This document shows, one piece after another, positions 52,330 to 60,827 of a DNA stretch of 62,007 nt. The translations under genes and the position numbers were made by a program. The number at the start of each line of letters is the position of its first letter. The stretch's first letter is position 1. This DNA is from an uncultured Candidatus Poseidoniales archaeon (GTDB lineage: Archaea; Thermoplasmatota; Poseidoniia; Poseidoniales; Thalassarchaeaceae): positions 1 to 62,007 of the forward strand of contig CACGIM010000003.1 of NCBI GenBank assembly GCA_902573115.1, written 5' to 3'. The notes below the pieces were generated by a model. It saw nothing but the letters and a program-made list of their open reading frames with translations. It was not told the origin of the DNA and made no database searches.

Positions 52330-52838
52330 GAAAACCACGAATGCTTCCCAAATTGATTTTTTGAAACTAGATTACCAGTGTCGCAGAAATAAGCAAGTCC
52401 CGCCAAAACTGATCGGAGGTACCGATTAAGCTTGGGCCTAACGTAAGTTATGTAGGGGGCCGATGAAACGAAAAGTGGCCAATTTCTAAGGTAGTAAGGG
52501 TGGACAGAGATTGAGACCTTGGTGAATCCATTGGATGAATCATCAAGGCGCCACTCAACATATGATTCAGGACCCCCATTTTCCCCTATCATCAAAGAGT
52601 ACCCTGCAAGATCCTCCCAAACCAAGAACCTACGGTGAAGAACCTTCCCGTTTAGATATTTGATCTCGTCCTTAGCCCCCACTCCCGGCCAGACTGCTAC
52701 TTTGTTTGTTTCACAAAATGGGTGGAAACTCTCCAAGTTTCCTGGCGAAGAGATAAGATTCCAAATCTCACTTCTGCTCATCTTGACGAATGATGATGAT
52801 CTACAGACCAATGGCCATCTGTTTCTCATGATATCCAC
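52326..52838 (-). CDS. SRPBCC/START-fold protein
   Basis: IWNLISSPGNLESFHPF...WPGVG...RRF. Confidence 0.6.
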   Translation of the reverse strand: MDIMRNRWPLVCRSSSFVKMSRSEIWNLISSPGNLESFHPFCETNKVAVWPGVGAKDEIKYLNGKVLHRRFLVWEDLAGYSLMIGENGGPESYVEWRLDDSSNGFTKVSISVHPYYLRNWPLFVSSAPYITYVRPKLNRYLRSVLAGLAYFCDTGNLVSKNQFGKHSWFS

Positions 52839-52975
52839 TCAAAGGCTGTCCGGTTTATGTTATTGTATCGGAGATGTAAAAAGTAAATTAAATATATTTT
52901 TTTTACCCAAGTCGCTTTCCGGTGTGACGTTTTTTACCAAAAATTGGGTGTTTATCGGGATTTTAGTCTACAAGA

Positions 52976-52983
52976 TTATATAA
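52976..52983 (+). promoter_or_regulatory. TATA box of proteorhodopsin (leaderless transcript predicted)
   Basis: ttatataa 22 nt upstream of ATG 53006, in an AT-rich intergenic region. Confidence 0.6.
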
Positions 52984-53005
52984 GGATAAAATAGAGTCGG
53001 AAAAC

Positions 53006-53806
53006 ATGGATAAGAGTCCATACAATATTGAGACAAGAAAAACGAGAGGCCTAGCTATAGGCGGCGCTACAGCTCTTGCTGTGGTAGCTTTGCCAACAGT
53101 TGCGGCTGAGACGACTGCTCTTGCATCGGATGACTGGGTGGGGATAAGCTTCTGGATTGCCACAGCGGCAATGCTAGCCTCCACTGCATTCTTCCTGATC
53201 GAGAGGCAGAATGTAGACGACAAGTGGAAGACGTCAATGACTGTTGCAGCACTAGTGACTGGTGTTGCATGGTATCATTACACCTACATGAGGGAAGTAT
53301 GGGCCATGGATGGCACCTCGCCACTAGTTTACAGATACATTGACTGGTTGATTACGGTTCCACTGCAGATTGCAGAGTTTTACCTAATTATGGCAGCAAT
53401 AGGAGCTGCATCATTTGCCATGTTCAGAAACCTGATGGGAGCATCAGTCATCATGTTGGTAGCAGGATTCTTTGGAGAATCAGGGGCAATGGATTCGGTA
53501 ATAGAGTTGGATGCCATGATCTGGTGGATCATAGGAATGGCTGGTTGGGGATACATCCTGTACGCCATATGGGCAGGAGATGTCAAGGAAGCTTCAGAAT
53601 CTGGCAGTGAAGGTGTCCAATTCGCGTTTACCTCCATGAGACTAATTGTCACCGTTGGGTGGGCTATATACCCGATTGGATATTTCCTAGGAACTGGCGA
53701 CAATCCAGATTTTGATTCCCTCAACATACTATACAACATCGCTGACTTGGTCAACAAGACCGCCTTCGGCATGATGGTATGGTACGCTGCGAAGATGGAC
53801 TCATAA
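53006..53806 (+). CDS. Proteorhodopsin, DTE proton-pump motif, Gln at the spectral-tuning site
   Basis: WYHY (H75), RYIDWLITVPLQIAEF (D97/T101/Q105/E108 equivalents), DLVNK (D227/K231). Confidence 0.97.
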   Translation: MDKSPYNIETRKTRGLAIGGATALAVVALPTVAAETTALASDDWVGISFWIATAAMLASTAFFLIERQNVDDKWKTSMTVAALVTGVAWYHYTYMREVWAMDGTSPLVYRYIDWLITVPLQIAEFYLIMAAIGAASFAMFRNLMGASVIMLVAGFFGESGAMDSVIELDAMIWWIIGMAGWGYILYAIWAGDVKEASESGSEGVQFAFTSMRLIVTVGWAIYPIGYFLGTGDNPDFDSLNILYNIADLVNKTAFGMMVWYAAKMDS

Positions 53807-53836
53807 TAGTCGAAAAGCAGTGACGGAATTACGTAA

Positions 53837-53867
53837 ACCGGGCGGCCGAAAATTCGGCCGCCCCGGT
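53837..53867 (+). terminator. Strong GC hairpin after proteorhodopsin (terminator or 3' stabiliser)
   Basis: acc-gggcggccga-aaat-tcggccgccc-c-ggt, 13 bp; no U-tract follows. Confidence 0.55.
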
Positions 53868-53985
53868 GACCATTCTACTTCCATTCATATAACGAAATAT
53901 CAGTGGAAATCTTATACGGTAAAGCAGATATCTGTTTTCAAACCCAAACATCTATTGATAAGGTAAGGAATGTAAGCCCGGATTA

Positions 53986-54600
53986 ATGACAATTCAAGTC
54001 GGACCTAGAAGCAAGCACAATGACATCGAAGCCGATGCTTACCTGCCTACCGAATTTGGGAACTTCAGAATAAGGGTGACTGTAGACGAAGAAGGGAAGG
54101 AACACTCGCTATTGTACACGGGCGAAATGACAAGCGACAACCCTCCGCTAATCAGAATTCACTCCGAATGCCTAACTGGAGATGCATTTGGGTCAATGAA
54201 GTGTGATTGCGGACCGCAGTTGAAAGCAGCAATGCAAAGGATTCAGGAAGAGGGTAATGGGGCCATTGTATACCTTCGCCAGGAGGGTAGGGGCATAGGC
54301 TTACACTCCAAAATACAAGCTTACGCACTGCAGGACATAGGTTATGACACTCTAGATGCAAACCTTGCACTTGGACATCCTGCTGATGGTAGAACCTACG
54401 ACATTGCCGCTAAGATGCTAAAAGATATGGGGATCAGTCGAGTTAAGCTCATGACAAACAACCCTCTGAAAATTCAAGGACTTCTGGATAATGGAATTGA
54501 AATTGTAGAGAGGCTTACACACGTGAGTGGCATATCCACGGAAAACAAAGGCTATCTAACAACAAAGCAAAACAGGATGGGGCACATCCTGGATCTGTAG
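53986..54600 (+). CDS. ribA: GTP cyclohydrolase II
   Basis: RIHSECLTGDAFGSMKCDCG, YLRQEGRGIGL, MTNNPLK. Confidence 0.96.
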   Translation: MTIQVGPRSKHNDIEADAYLPTEFGNFRIRVTVDEEGKEHSLLYTGEMTSDNPPLIRIHSECLTGDAFGSMKCDCGPQLKAAMQRIQEEGNGAIVYLRQEGRGIGLHSKIQAYALQDIGYDTLDANLALGHPADGRTYDIAAKMLKDMGISRVKLMTNNPLKIQGLLDNGIEIVERLTHVSGISTENKGYLTTKQNRMGHILDL

Positions 54601-54646
54601 TAGTACACAACAGTCGAATAAATATAATAAAACCACAGGAGAAATT

Positions 54647-55114
54647 GTGATGACGCTAAGAGATGGGGAAAAAGCACCAAACTTTCAACTCCAAACTAGC
54701 GAGGGTAAAACATTCGAATTATCTCAACTTGATGGCGAGTGGAAGATTATTTTCTTTTTCGCCAAAAGCGGTTCTCCGACCTGCAAGAGGGGTTGCCTTA
54801 GCTTCAAAGAACAATACGAGCTTTTTCGTTCCCTTGATCCCCCAGTTGAAGTTATTGGGATCAGTCAAGATACCGTCGAACAACAACAAGAATTCAAGGA
54901 TGAATTGGATTTGCCATTCTACCTATTGTCGGATTCTAACAGAGATGTTTCAGAAACCTATGGTGTCCCCCTGCATCTAGGGATGTTTCCATCTAAATCC
55001 TCCTTCGTTATAGGGCCCGACAACACTATTCATCACGTATACGACTGGCTATTCAGACCTAGGAAACATGTAGCTGTTATTTTGTCAGCTTTAGCCAAAC
55101 AAGGAGATGAATGA
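54647..55114 (+). CDS. BCP/PrxQ-like peroxiredoxin-fold protein with atypical active site
   Basis: GEKAPNFQL, TCKRGC, IGISQD, LLSD; AKSGSPTC replaces PxxxTxxC. Confidence 0.8.
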   Translation: MMTLRDGEKAPNFQLQTSEGKTFELSQLDGEWKIIFFFAKSGSPTCKRGCLSFKEQYELFRSLDPPVEVIGISQDTVEQQQEFKDELDLPFYLLSDSNRDVSETYGVPLHLGMFPSKSSFVIGPDNTIHHVYDWLFRPRKHVAVILSALAKQGDE

Positions 55115-56483
55115 AATGGACTGGGATCAAATATTAAGCGACGCAGGGTTATCAAAAAGAGAAGTGGATGCAATAAAGGTTCTATCTAAAAAACCTAATT
55201 TAAAGGCGAGCGAAATAGCAAAGGAACTCGGGACCACTAGGCTAGACGCCTACAAATCTCTCGAGAGATTACAAACCATAGGCGTAGTCACGGTAATCGC
55301 AGACAGACCTATGAGGTTTTACTGCCCCCCAATCAACGAGACGGTCAAGCATCTGATCGAAATTAGAAAGGAGCAATTATCCAGAATCGAAAAGGGATTC
55401 GAGGACCTCCAATCTTCAATTGACAACTCAAACTACACTTTCGACAAGCCAGAAGAGTTGAACAATCCTAAATTCACGATTCTAAAGGAGAGAGTTCACA
55501 TTCTGAATAGGCTGAGTAAGATGGCCGACGAGTCTCAATCAGATTATGTACTGATACTAGGGAGATTCGGAATACTTCCACTGTGTAGGGGCGACTCGCT
55601 GGCAAGCGTTAATGAAGCTGCAAAGAGGGGGGTGAGGGTCCGGGTCTTAGCGCAGTTAGATAAGCGGACAATTCGTTTCTACAAAGAATTGCACGAGACC
55701 GTGGAGGTTAGGCACACAGATGACCTTGATGCTCAAGGGGTCTTGATGGATGAAACCCAAGTGATTCAATACCTTAGCTCAGATGAAAATCCAGTAGGCA
55801 GAGGAAAGAATGAAGCCGCATTAGTTATCGAGTCCAAACAATTCGCTGAGAATCAGAGGAACCTAATTGAGACAATATGGGAAGAAGCAATTCATTTCGA
55901 GTCAGCATCCAGTAGGTTCACCGAACAAAAAATAACGGATCCTCTAAGGCTTACAATAGACCAAGGGTCTTTCCTCGAGAAAATAAGAGAGGTCCTCAAA
56001 ATTGAATCAGACCTTCCAAATGAAGATACGCCATTCAATGCAGAGGCATTCTTAGCATCTGGCTTAGAGATTAGTGACGCGAGGAGGAACCTCCAGGAAG
56101 GTGGAATTTCCAGTCTCAAATCATTCGGTATAGACGTCGTGTCGCTCCTCAGACAGGTAGGGAACAGAGTAGGAGAAGAATTGGCATTTAGCCTGAAGAG
56201 CATAGACCAGGAGATAGAATTCCTAAGTGAGATGATGGATTGGTGGGAATACGCCGGACTGGGTCAACTCAGCTATGAACTAGACCCTAATTTCCACATC
56301 AGAGTAGAATTCATGGAGTGTCCAGAATCAAAGAACCTACCAATCTGGGCTCTAGATGATGGAATCATAGAAGGGGCCCTAAAAGCTCGTTATCCAGACG
56401 GGGGAGACGTGAAGATAAGCAGAGAGGTCATATCAAAGGAACCCGAAGGGTTGCACAGGTATAGTCTAATTATGAGTGAATAA
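55107..56483 (+). CDS. TrmB-family transcriptional regulator
   Basis: N-terminal wHTH (GLSKRE...ASEIAKELG..RLDAY..L..L..G.V), central GVRVRVL PLD-like domain, extra C-terminal domain. Confidence 0.8.
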   Translation: MNEMDWDQILSDAGLSKREVDAIKVLSKKPNLKASEIAKELGTTRLDAYKSLERLQTIGVVTVIADRPMRFYCPPINETVKHLIEIRKEQLSRIEKGFEDLQSSIDNSNYTFDKPEELNNPKFTILKERVHILNRLSKMADESQSDYVLILGRFGILPLCRGDSLASVNEAAKRGVRVRVLAQLDKRTIRFYKELHETVEVRHTDDLDAQGVLMDETQVIQYLSSDENPVGRGKNEAALVIESKQFAENQRNLIETIWEEAIHFESASSRFTEQKITDPLRLTIDQGSFLEKIREVLKIESDLPNEDTPFNAEAFLASGLEISDARRNLQEGGISSLKSFGIDVVSLLRQVGNRVGEELAFSLKSIDQEIEFLSEMMDWWEYAGLGQLSYELDPNFHIRVEFMECPESKNLPIWALDDGIIEGALKARYPDGGDVKISREVISKEPEGLHRYSLIMSE

Positions 56484-56587
56484 TTACTTTTCTTCGGACA
56501 AATATGCCCATGATAAAACACCAGTATAAATGGTAAAACAAATATTTCGAACATCCATTCATTAATGGATTGTCGGCACAATAGAAT

Positions 56588-57538
56588 ATGAATAGCAGAA
56601 TGATCATGCCGATCATCGTAGGGATCTATGTATCTTTTACCATAGGTGCAATGTCCATGGCCCCTGTAGTGGCCGCAGATGAGAATGAAGACATACCAAC
56701 GAACGCGCAGAACACCGGAGTACACGACTCTCTCGTAGCCGCATTGACGCAGGCAGAGCTGGTTGCTACGCTCCAGGGGGATGGCCCATTCACGGTCTTC
56801 GCCCCGACCGACCAAGCCTTCGCCGACGCGGGCATCGACCTAGCGGCGTTGGACAACGTGGATGGAAAGGCTACCTTGACAGACATCCTGACCTACCACG
56901 TTTACGCGGGAGCTGTACAATCCTCGGCAGTGACAGACGGAATGACGGTCACCATGCTGAACGGCGACGATGCTACGTTCACAGTGACTGACGGAACGGT
57001 GAAGATAGGCGAGGCTACGGTGACCACGGCAGACGTCATCGCATCCAACGGAGTCATCCACGTGATTGACAAGGTGCTTATGCCCCCAGTAGACGAGCCA
57101 GCTCTCCCAGTAGGTTGTGATTACCTCATTGGAATAGATGATACAGGCTTTGCATATGACAACACAGACATCTCGATCAACAAGGGTGAAACTGTCTGTT
57201 GGATATGGAATGACGAGACAATGGCTCACAACGTTGCGCAGATAGCCAACGAAGGAGACACGGCTAGAATGATTGGTGGAGCATATAGCGGGGAAGCAAT
57301 GACCTCCGTAGATTACAGATTGACCTTCGATGAGGATCAGACATTCCTGTACATGTGCGAACCACACGCCACAATGGACATGGCTGGCAAAGTCATCGTT
57401 GGCACTGGTATTGAGCAAGTACAAGACTCACCTGCAGATAATTACGGTGATGACGATGAGAATAATACTCCTGGATTTACCGTAATCCTACTTGGCATTG
57501 CCGCAATAGCCGCAGTCATGGTATCAAGAAGGCAGTGA
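56588..57538 (+). CDS. Fasciclin + type-1 copper (halocyanin-like) fusion with PGF-CTERM-like anchor
   Basis: GPFTVFAPTDQAF and ASNGVIHVIDKVL; HNV...CEPH...M Cu ligands; TPGF-TM-RRQ tail. Confidence 0.88.
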   Translation: MNSRMIMPIIVGIYVSFTIGAMSMAPVVAADENEDIPTNAQNTGVHDSLVAALTQAELVATLQGDGPFTVFAPTDQAFADAGIDLAALDNVDGKATLTDILTYHVYAGAVQSSAVTDGMTVTMLNGDDATFTVTDGTVKIGEATVTTADVIASNGVIHVIDKVLMPPVDEPALPVGCDYLIGIDDTGFAYDNTDISINKGETVCWIWNDETMAHNVAQIANEGDTARMIGGAYSGEAMTSVDYRLTFDEDQTFLYMCEPHATMDMAGKVIVGTGIEQVQDSPADNYGDDDENNTPGFTVILLGIAAIAAVMVSRRQ

Positions 57539-57639
57539 GGGGATGAAACTAAACCTACCCCTTAAGAAAGTGAAGACTAGTTCTAGGTTGAACTGGTGGG
57601 ATCTTTTCTAAGACGAAAGGCATCTTTGGGGGAGAAGGC

Positions 57640-59262
57640 GTGTCCTGGGCGATTACTCGTCCCGGTGAAGGCGCCTTCTCCTCCAAGATTGCTGAAAACA
57701 CGGCTCTTACGCCAAAAAACTGGTGGTTCCTCCCATACGACCAACTAAACTTAGAATTGTTGGATGGAAAAGAATGTAATGGGATCATTTTGATTGAATC
57801 TACCAACAAAGCGAAATCGCTTCCTTATCACAAACAAAAACTTTTTTTCGTCATATCTAGCATCAGACATTTCGCCGTAGAATGCAATAATCTAGGGATT
57901 CCAACACTCCATATTAGCTCTAACGGGCCATATCACGAGGTAATTGATGAAATTTCTGAGCGGTTAGGGCCGATAAATGTGAACATGCCATCAGAAAGAT
58001 CTCTCAGGAGAGAATTACAACCACTCGAAGAAAGTGGCAAGCTAATCCTGCACAAACATACGGGGTGGCTGACAGAAAAAGATTGGTTCGTCGAGAGTAA
58101 TGGCTTGAGACCACCCTTCAGAATGGATAAATTTTACAGAAAGGTAAGAAAAGAGTTAGATTGGCTCATGGATAATGGAAAACCGAAGGGAGGAAAGTAT
58201 AGTTTCGACTCTGAGAACAGGAAACCATGGAAGTGGGACCCATTACCCCCCAAAGAAAACGAATATGAATACGACTCCATTGACTGTGAGGTAGTCAAAA
58301 TAGTCAATACGTTATTTCCTAACAATCCAGGTGATCTCGGAGAGAAGAAATATCCAACCAATTCTCTAGAAGTCAGGGAAGCTGTAGATTATGCACAGAG
58401 AGTTTTGCCTTCCTTTGGCGATTATGAGGATGCGATGTCGGCACAGAGCAAATCTCTATTTCACACCAAACTGTCTCCATTACTAAATCTCCATAGAGTA
58501 ATGCCATCAGAAATTGCCGATGTGGCATTAAATTCTGACTCTCCGTTAAATTCCGTTGAGGGCCTGTTAAGGCAGCTCATATGGAGGGAATATGTACATC
58601 ACATACACGAAATTACTGATGGTTTTAGGACCTTAGATGTCACTAAAACATCATCTTTACCTAGAGATGCAGGATGGGAGGATCATAAGATATCCATTAC
58701 ATCTGCACCAGAACCGAATCATCTTAAGCAGACAAATCCGATACCTCTTGCATATTGGGGAAAAAAAACTAGGATGAATTGTCTAGACTCTGTCGTTGAG
58801 TCCGTTATTGACGATGGATGGACCCACCACATTCCACGATTGATGATTCTTGGAAACTTTTCACAATTGTTAGATGTTGAGCCAAGGCAAATTACTGATT
58901 GGTTTCATTCTGCGTTTGTTGATGCATTCGATTGGGTTGTAGAGCCAAATGTATTGGGAATGGCAACATTCGGACTCGGTGAATCTATGATGACCAAACC
59001 CTACGTATGCGGTTCCCCATACATCAAAAAAATGAGTGATTATTGCGACTCTTGTGATTTGTCAAAGGAAAATAAATGTCCTGTCACCAACCTCTACTGG
59101 GCTTACTTGGAAAGGCATAGGGACAAGTTGGAAAAAGTACAAAGGATGGCAATCCCAATGAGAAACGTATCTAAAAGGAGCGATTTCCAGAAAGCGGAAG
59201 ATGCTGCTATTTTCAATTCAGTCTCTAAACAGTTACAAGACGGATTACCAGTTATAGAATAA
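57640..59262 (+). CDS. Fe-S cryptochrome/photolyase (PhrB/CryB-type)
   Basis: YDQL, HKQKL, GWTHHIPRLM, DAFDWVVEPNVLGM, KPY, cluster cysteines MNCL, YCDSC, CP. Confidence 0.92.
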   Translation: MSWAITRPGEGAFSSKIAENTALTPKNWWFLPYDQLNLELLDGKECNGIILIESTNKAKSLPYHKQKLFFVISSIRHFAVECNNLGIPTLHISSNGPYHEVIDEISERLGPINVNMPSERSLRRELQPLEESGKLILHKHTGWLTEKDWFVESNGLRPPFRMDKFYRKVRKELDWLMDNGKPKGGKYSFDSENRKPWKWDPLPPKENEYEYDSIDCEVVKIVNTLFPNNPGDLGEKKYPTNSLEVREAVDYAQRVLPSFGDYEDAMSAQSKSLFHTKLSPLLNLHRVMPSEIADVALNSDSPLNSVEGLLRQLIWREYVHHIHEITDGFRTLDVTKTSSLPRDAGWEDHKISITSAPEPNHLKQTNPIPLAYWGKKTRMNCLDSVVESVIDDGWTHHIPRLMILGNFSQLLDVEPRQITDWFHSAFVDAFDWVVEPNVLGMATFGLGESMMTKPYVCGSPYIKKMSDYCDSCDLSKENKCPVTNLYWAYLERHRDKLEKVQRMAIPMRNVSKRSDFQKAEDAAIFNSVSKQLQDGLPVIE

Positions 59263-59307
59263 TTTCATTGAACATTACTTTTTATTTAGCCCACGATAAA
59301 TCATATC

Positions 59308-59664
59308 ATGGAAATATATGGGATATACAATGCTGATGGGGGAATAATTGGGGAACTAAAATACGTACTCGGGAAAATCATGGCGAAGACTCATTGCTCG
59401 TTATGCGACATAACTCATTCCTACATATGGAAAAAGAAATCTTGGAAGGCTTTGGAATCAAGTGGAGACTTCGCGATAAACCTACTACACATTAACGAAC
59501 AAGAACCAGAATTACGAGAATTTACTCAGGGAAATACACCATGTGTTGTAGCTAAAGAAGTAAATGGAATAAGGATTCTATTGAACTCAGAACAACTAGA
59601 AAGTTGCAATAAATCAGTTAGTAGGTTTCAGGAGTCACTTCTTGATTCGATAACTTCCGGTTGA
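59308..59664 (+). CDS. Small conserved CxxC protein, unknown function
   Basis: YNADGGIIGEL...HCSLCDITH. Confidence 0.7.
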   Translation: MEIYGIYNADGGIIGELKYVLGKIMAKTHCSLCDITHSYIWKKKSWKALESSGDFAINLLHINEQEPELREFTQGNTPCVVAKEVNGIRILLNSEQLESCNKSVSRFQESLLDSITSG

Positions 59665-59670
59665 CTTTGG

Positions 59671-60192
59671 TTAGAAAAACTCTTTTTCGAGATCCTTTAT
59701 ACTATCCTTACTCGTTGCTTTCTCATATTCCTCCAGAGGTTCTTTATTCAAACTAAAGAAATGCTCCCCAAATTGGAATGGCTCTAGAATTTTTCTTGCT
59801 TGCCCCCACCTTCCGAGGATAGCTAAAGATGCTGCCAAAGCTTCTGCTGAGGAAAGCCTCCCAACCTTGCCCCATGATACAGGATTTGCCGCCAATAGTA
59901 GGGGTAATACCCTTCCCTCTAGCATGGTATTTCCACTTAGCCGCCCGAGTGAAGCATCAACTTTCTTCCATGAGCAGTCCAAGACCACTAATGAGCAACC
60001 TAGGCTGATCATTTCCTTGTCACGGCCCCCTAGGATCGTGTCCGAGTTTGGATCAAGAAGGAACCCTCTTCGAGGAACACCATCTAAAGAATCATGAGTT
60101 TTAACAAATCCCAGAGAATCCATTCTCCTTGCAGTGCACTTCTTCGGATCATCCTGATTCAGGTGAATCACATGAAGTGGCACATCTTCCAT
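59671..60192 (-). CDS. tsr3: 16S rRNA aminocarboxypropyltransferase Tsr3 (DUF367)
   Basis: QDDPKKCTA, VLDCSW, LPLLLAANPVSWG..RLSSAEA, F..LNKEPLEEY. Confidence 0.92.
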   Translation of the reverse strand: MEDVPLHVIHLNQDDPKKCTARRMDSLGFVKTHDSLDGVPRRGFLLDPNSDTILGGRDKEMISLGCSLVVLDCSWKKVDASLGRLSGNTMLEGRVLPLLLAANPVSWGKVGRLSSAEALAASLAILGRWGQARKILEPFQFGEHFFSLNKEPLEEYEKATSKDSIKDLEKEFF

Positions 60193-60195
60193 TTC

Positions 60196-60756
60196 TTATC
60201 TCCTTGAACGGGCACCCGATCTTGAAACTCCCAATTTCCTACCCCTTTTCTTGGATTTTTTGGGCTTGACTACCTCATCCTTACTGCTTTTAGCATCCGA
60301 GATAGTCATCTCCCTATTCGATTCCGAGGCAACCACCGTGTGCCCGCTAGGTGTACTCTCCACCATTAGCGAAATGCCCAATGTCTTCGAAAATTTCTCA
60401 AGGAGCTTATCTGTAGGCCTTATGCCGCTCTCTGCTTTTTGTACTGTGCCTACTTTCTCATTCATTCTTTTAGCAAGCTCCTCTTGCGAAATCCCCCTTC
60501 CTACTCTGGCATTTCTTATTCTGTTGTGAAAGTCCCCAGCTAACTCCGTTTCTTCCTTTGTCATTATATCAATCCCAGAAACCCCTCTTCCAATTACTTG
60601 TGTCTCCAATTTTGGAGTTTTCAGTATCGGGGAGGAGTGCTTCACTGGTAGGCCCATCGACTCTATACATCTTGTGCAACACTCAAGTATAGAGTTTGAT
60701 ACACTAGCTCTCCTCGTCGAAACGCCCTCAGCACCACACAATTCGCATGCTCCCAT
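60196..60756 (-). CDS. mbf1: Archaeal multiprotein bridging factor 1 (Zn ribbon + HTH)
   Basis: MGACELCG...CTRC; IRNARVGRGISQEELAKRMNEK...ESG..P; start at ATG 60756. Confidence 0.88.
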   Translation of the reverse strand: MGACELCGAEGVSTRRASVSNSILECCTRCIESMGLPVKHSSPILKTPKLETQVIGRGVSGIDIMTKEETELAGDFHNRIRNARVGRGISQEELAKRMNEKVGTVQKAESGIRPTDKLLEKFSKTLGISLMVESTPSGHTVVASESNREMTISDAKSSKDEVVKPKKSKKRGRKLGVSRSGARSRR

Positions 60757-60827
60757 GGAGATTCGAGAGAAGGTGAAAGAAATAGTCCTTCGTAGGGGTC
60801 TTAAGCACCGGTTTGTTGGGGTTACAC

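Noticed and set aside
53006-53806. Proteorhodopsin in an archaeon as a novelty
   Set aside because: Well established for Marine Group II; the residues are those of a standard DTE pump.
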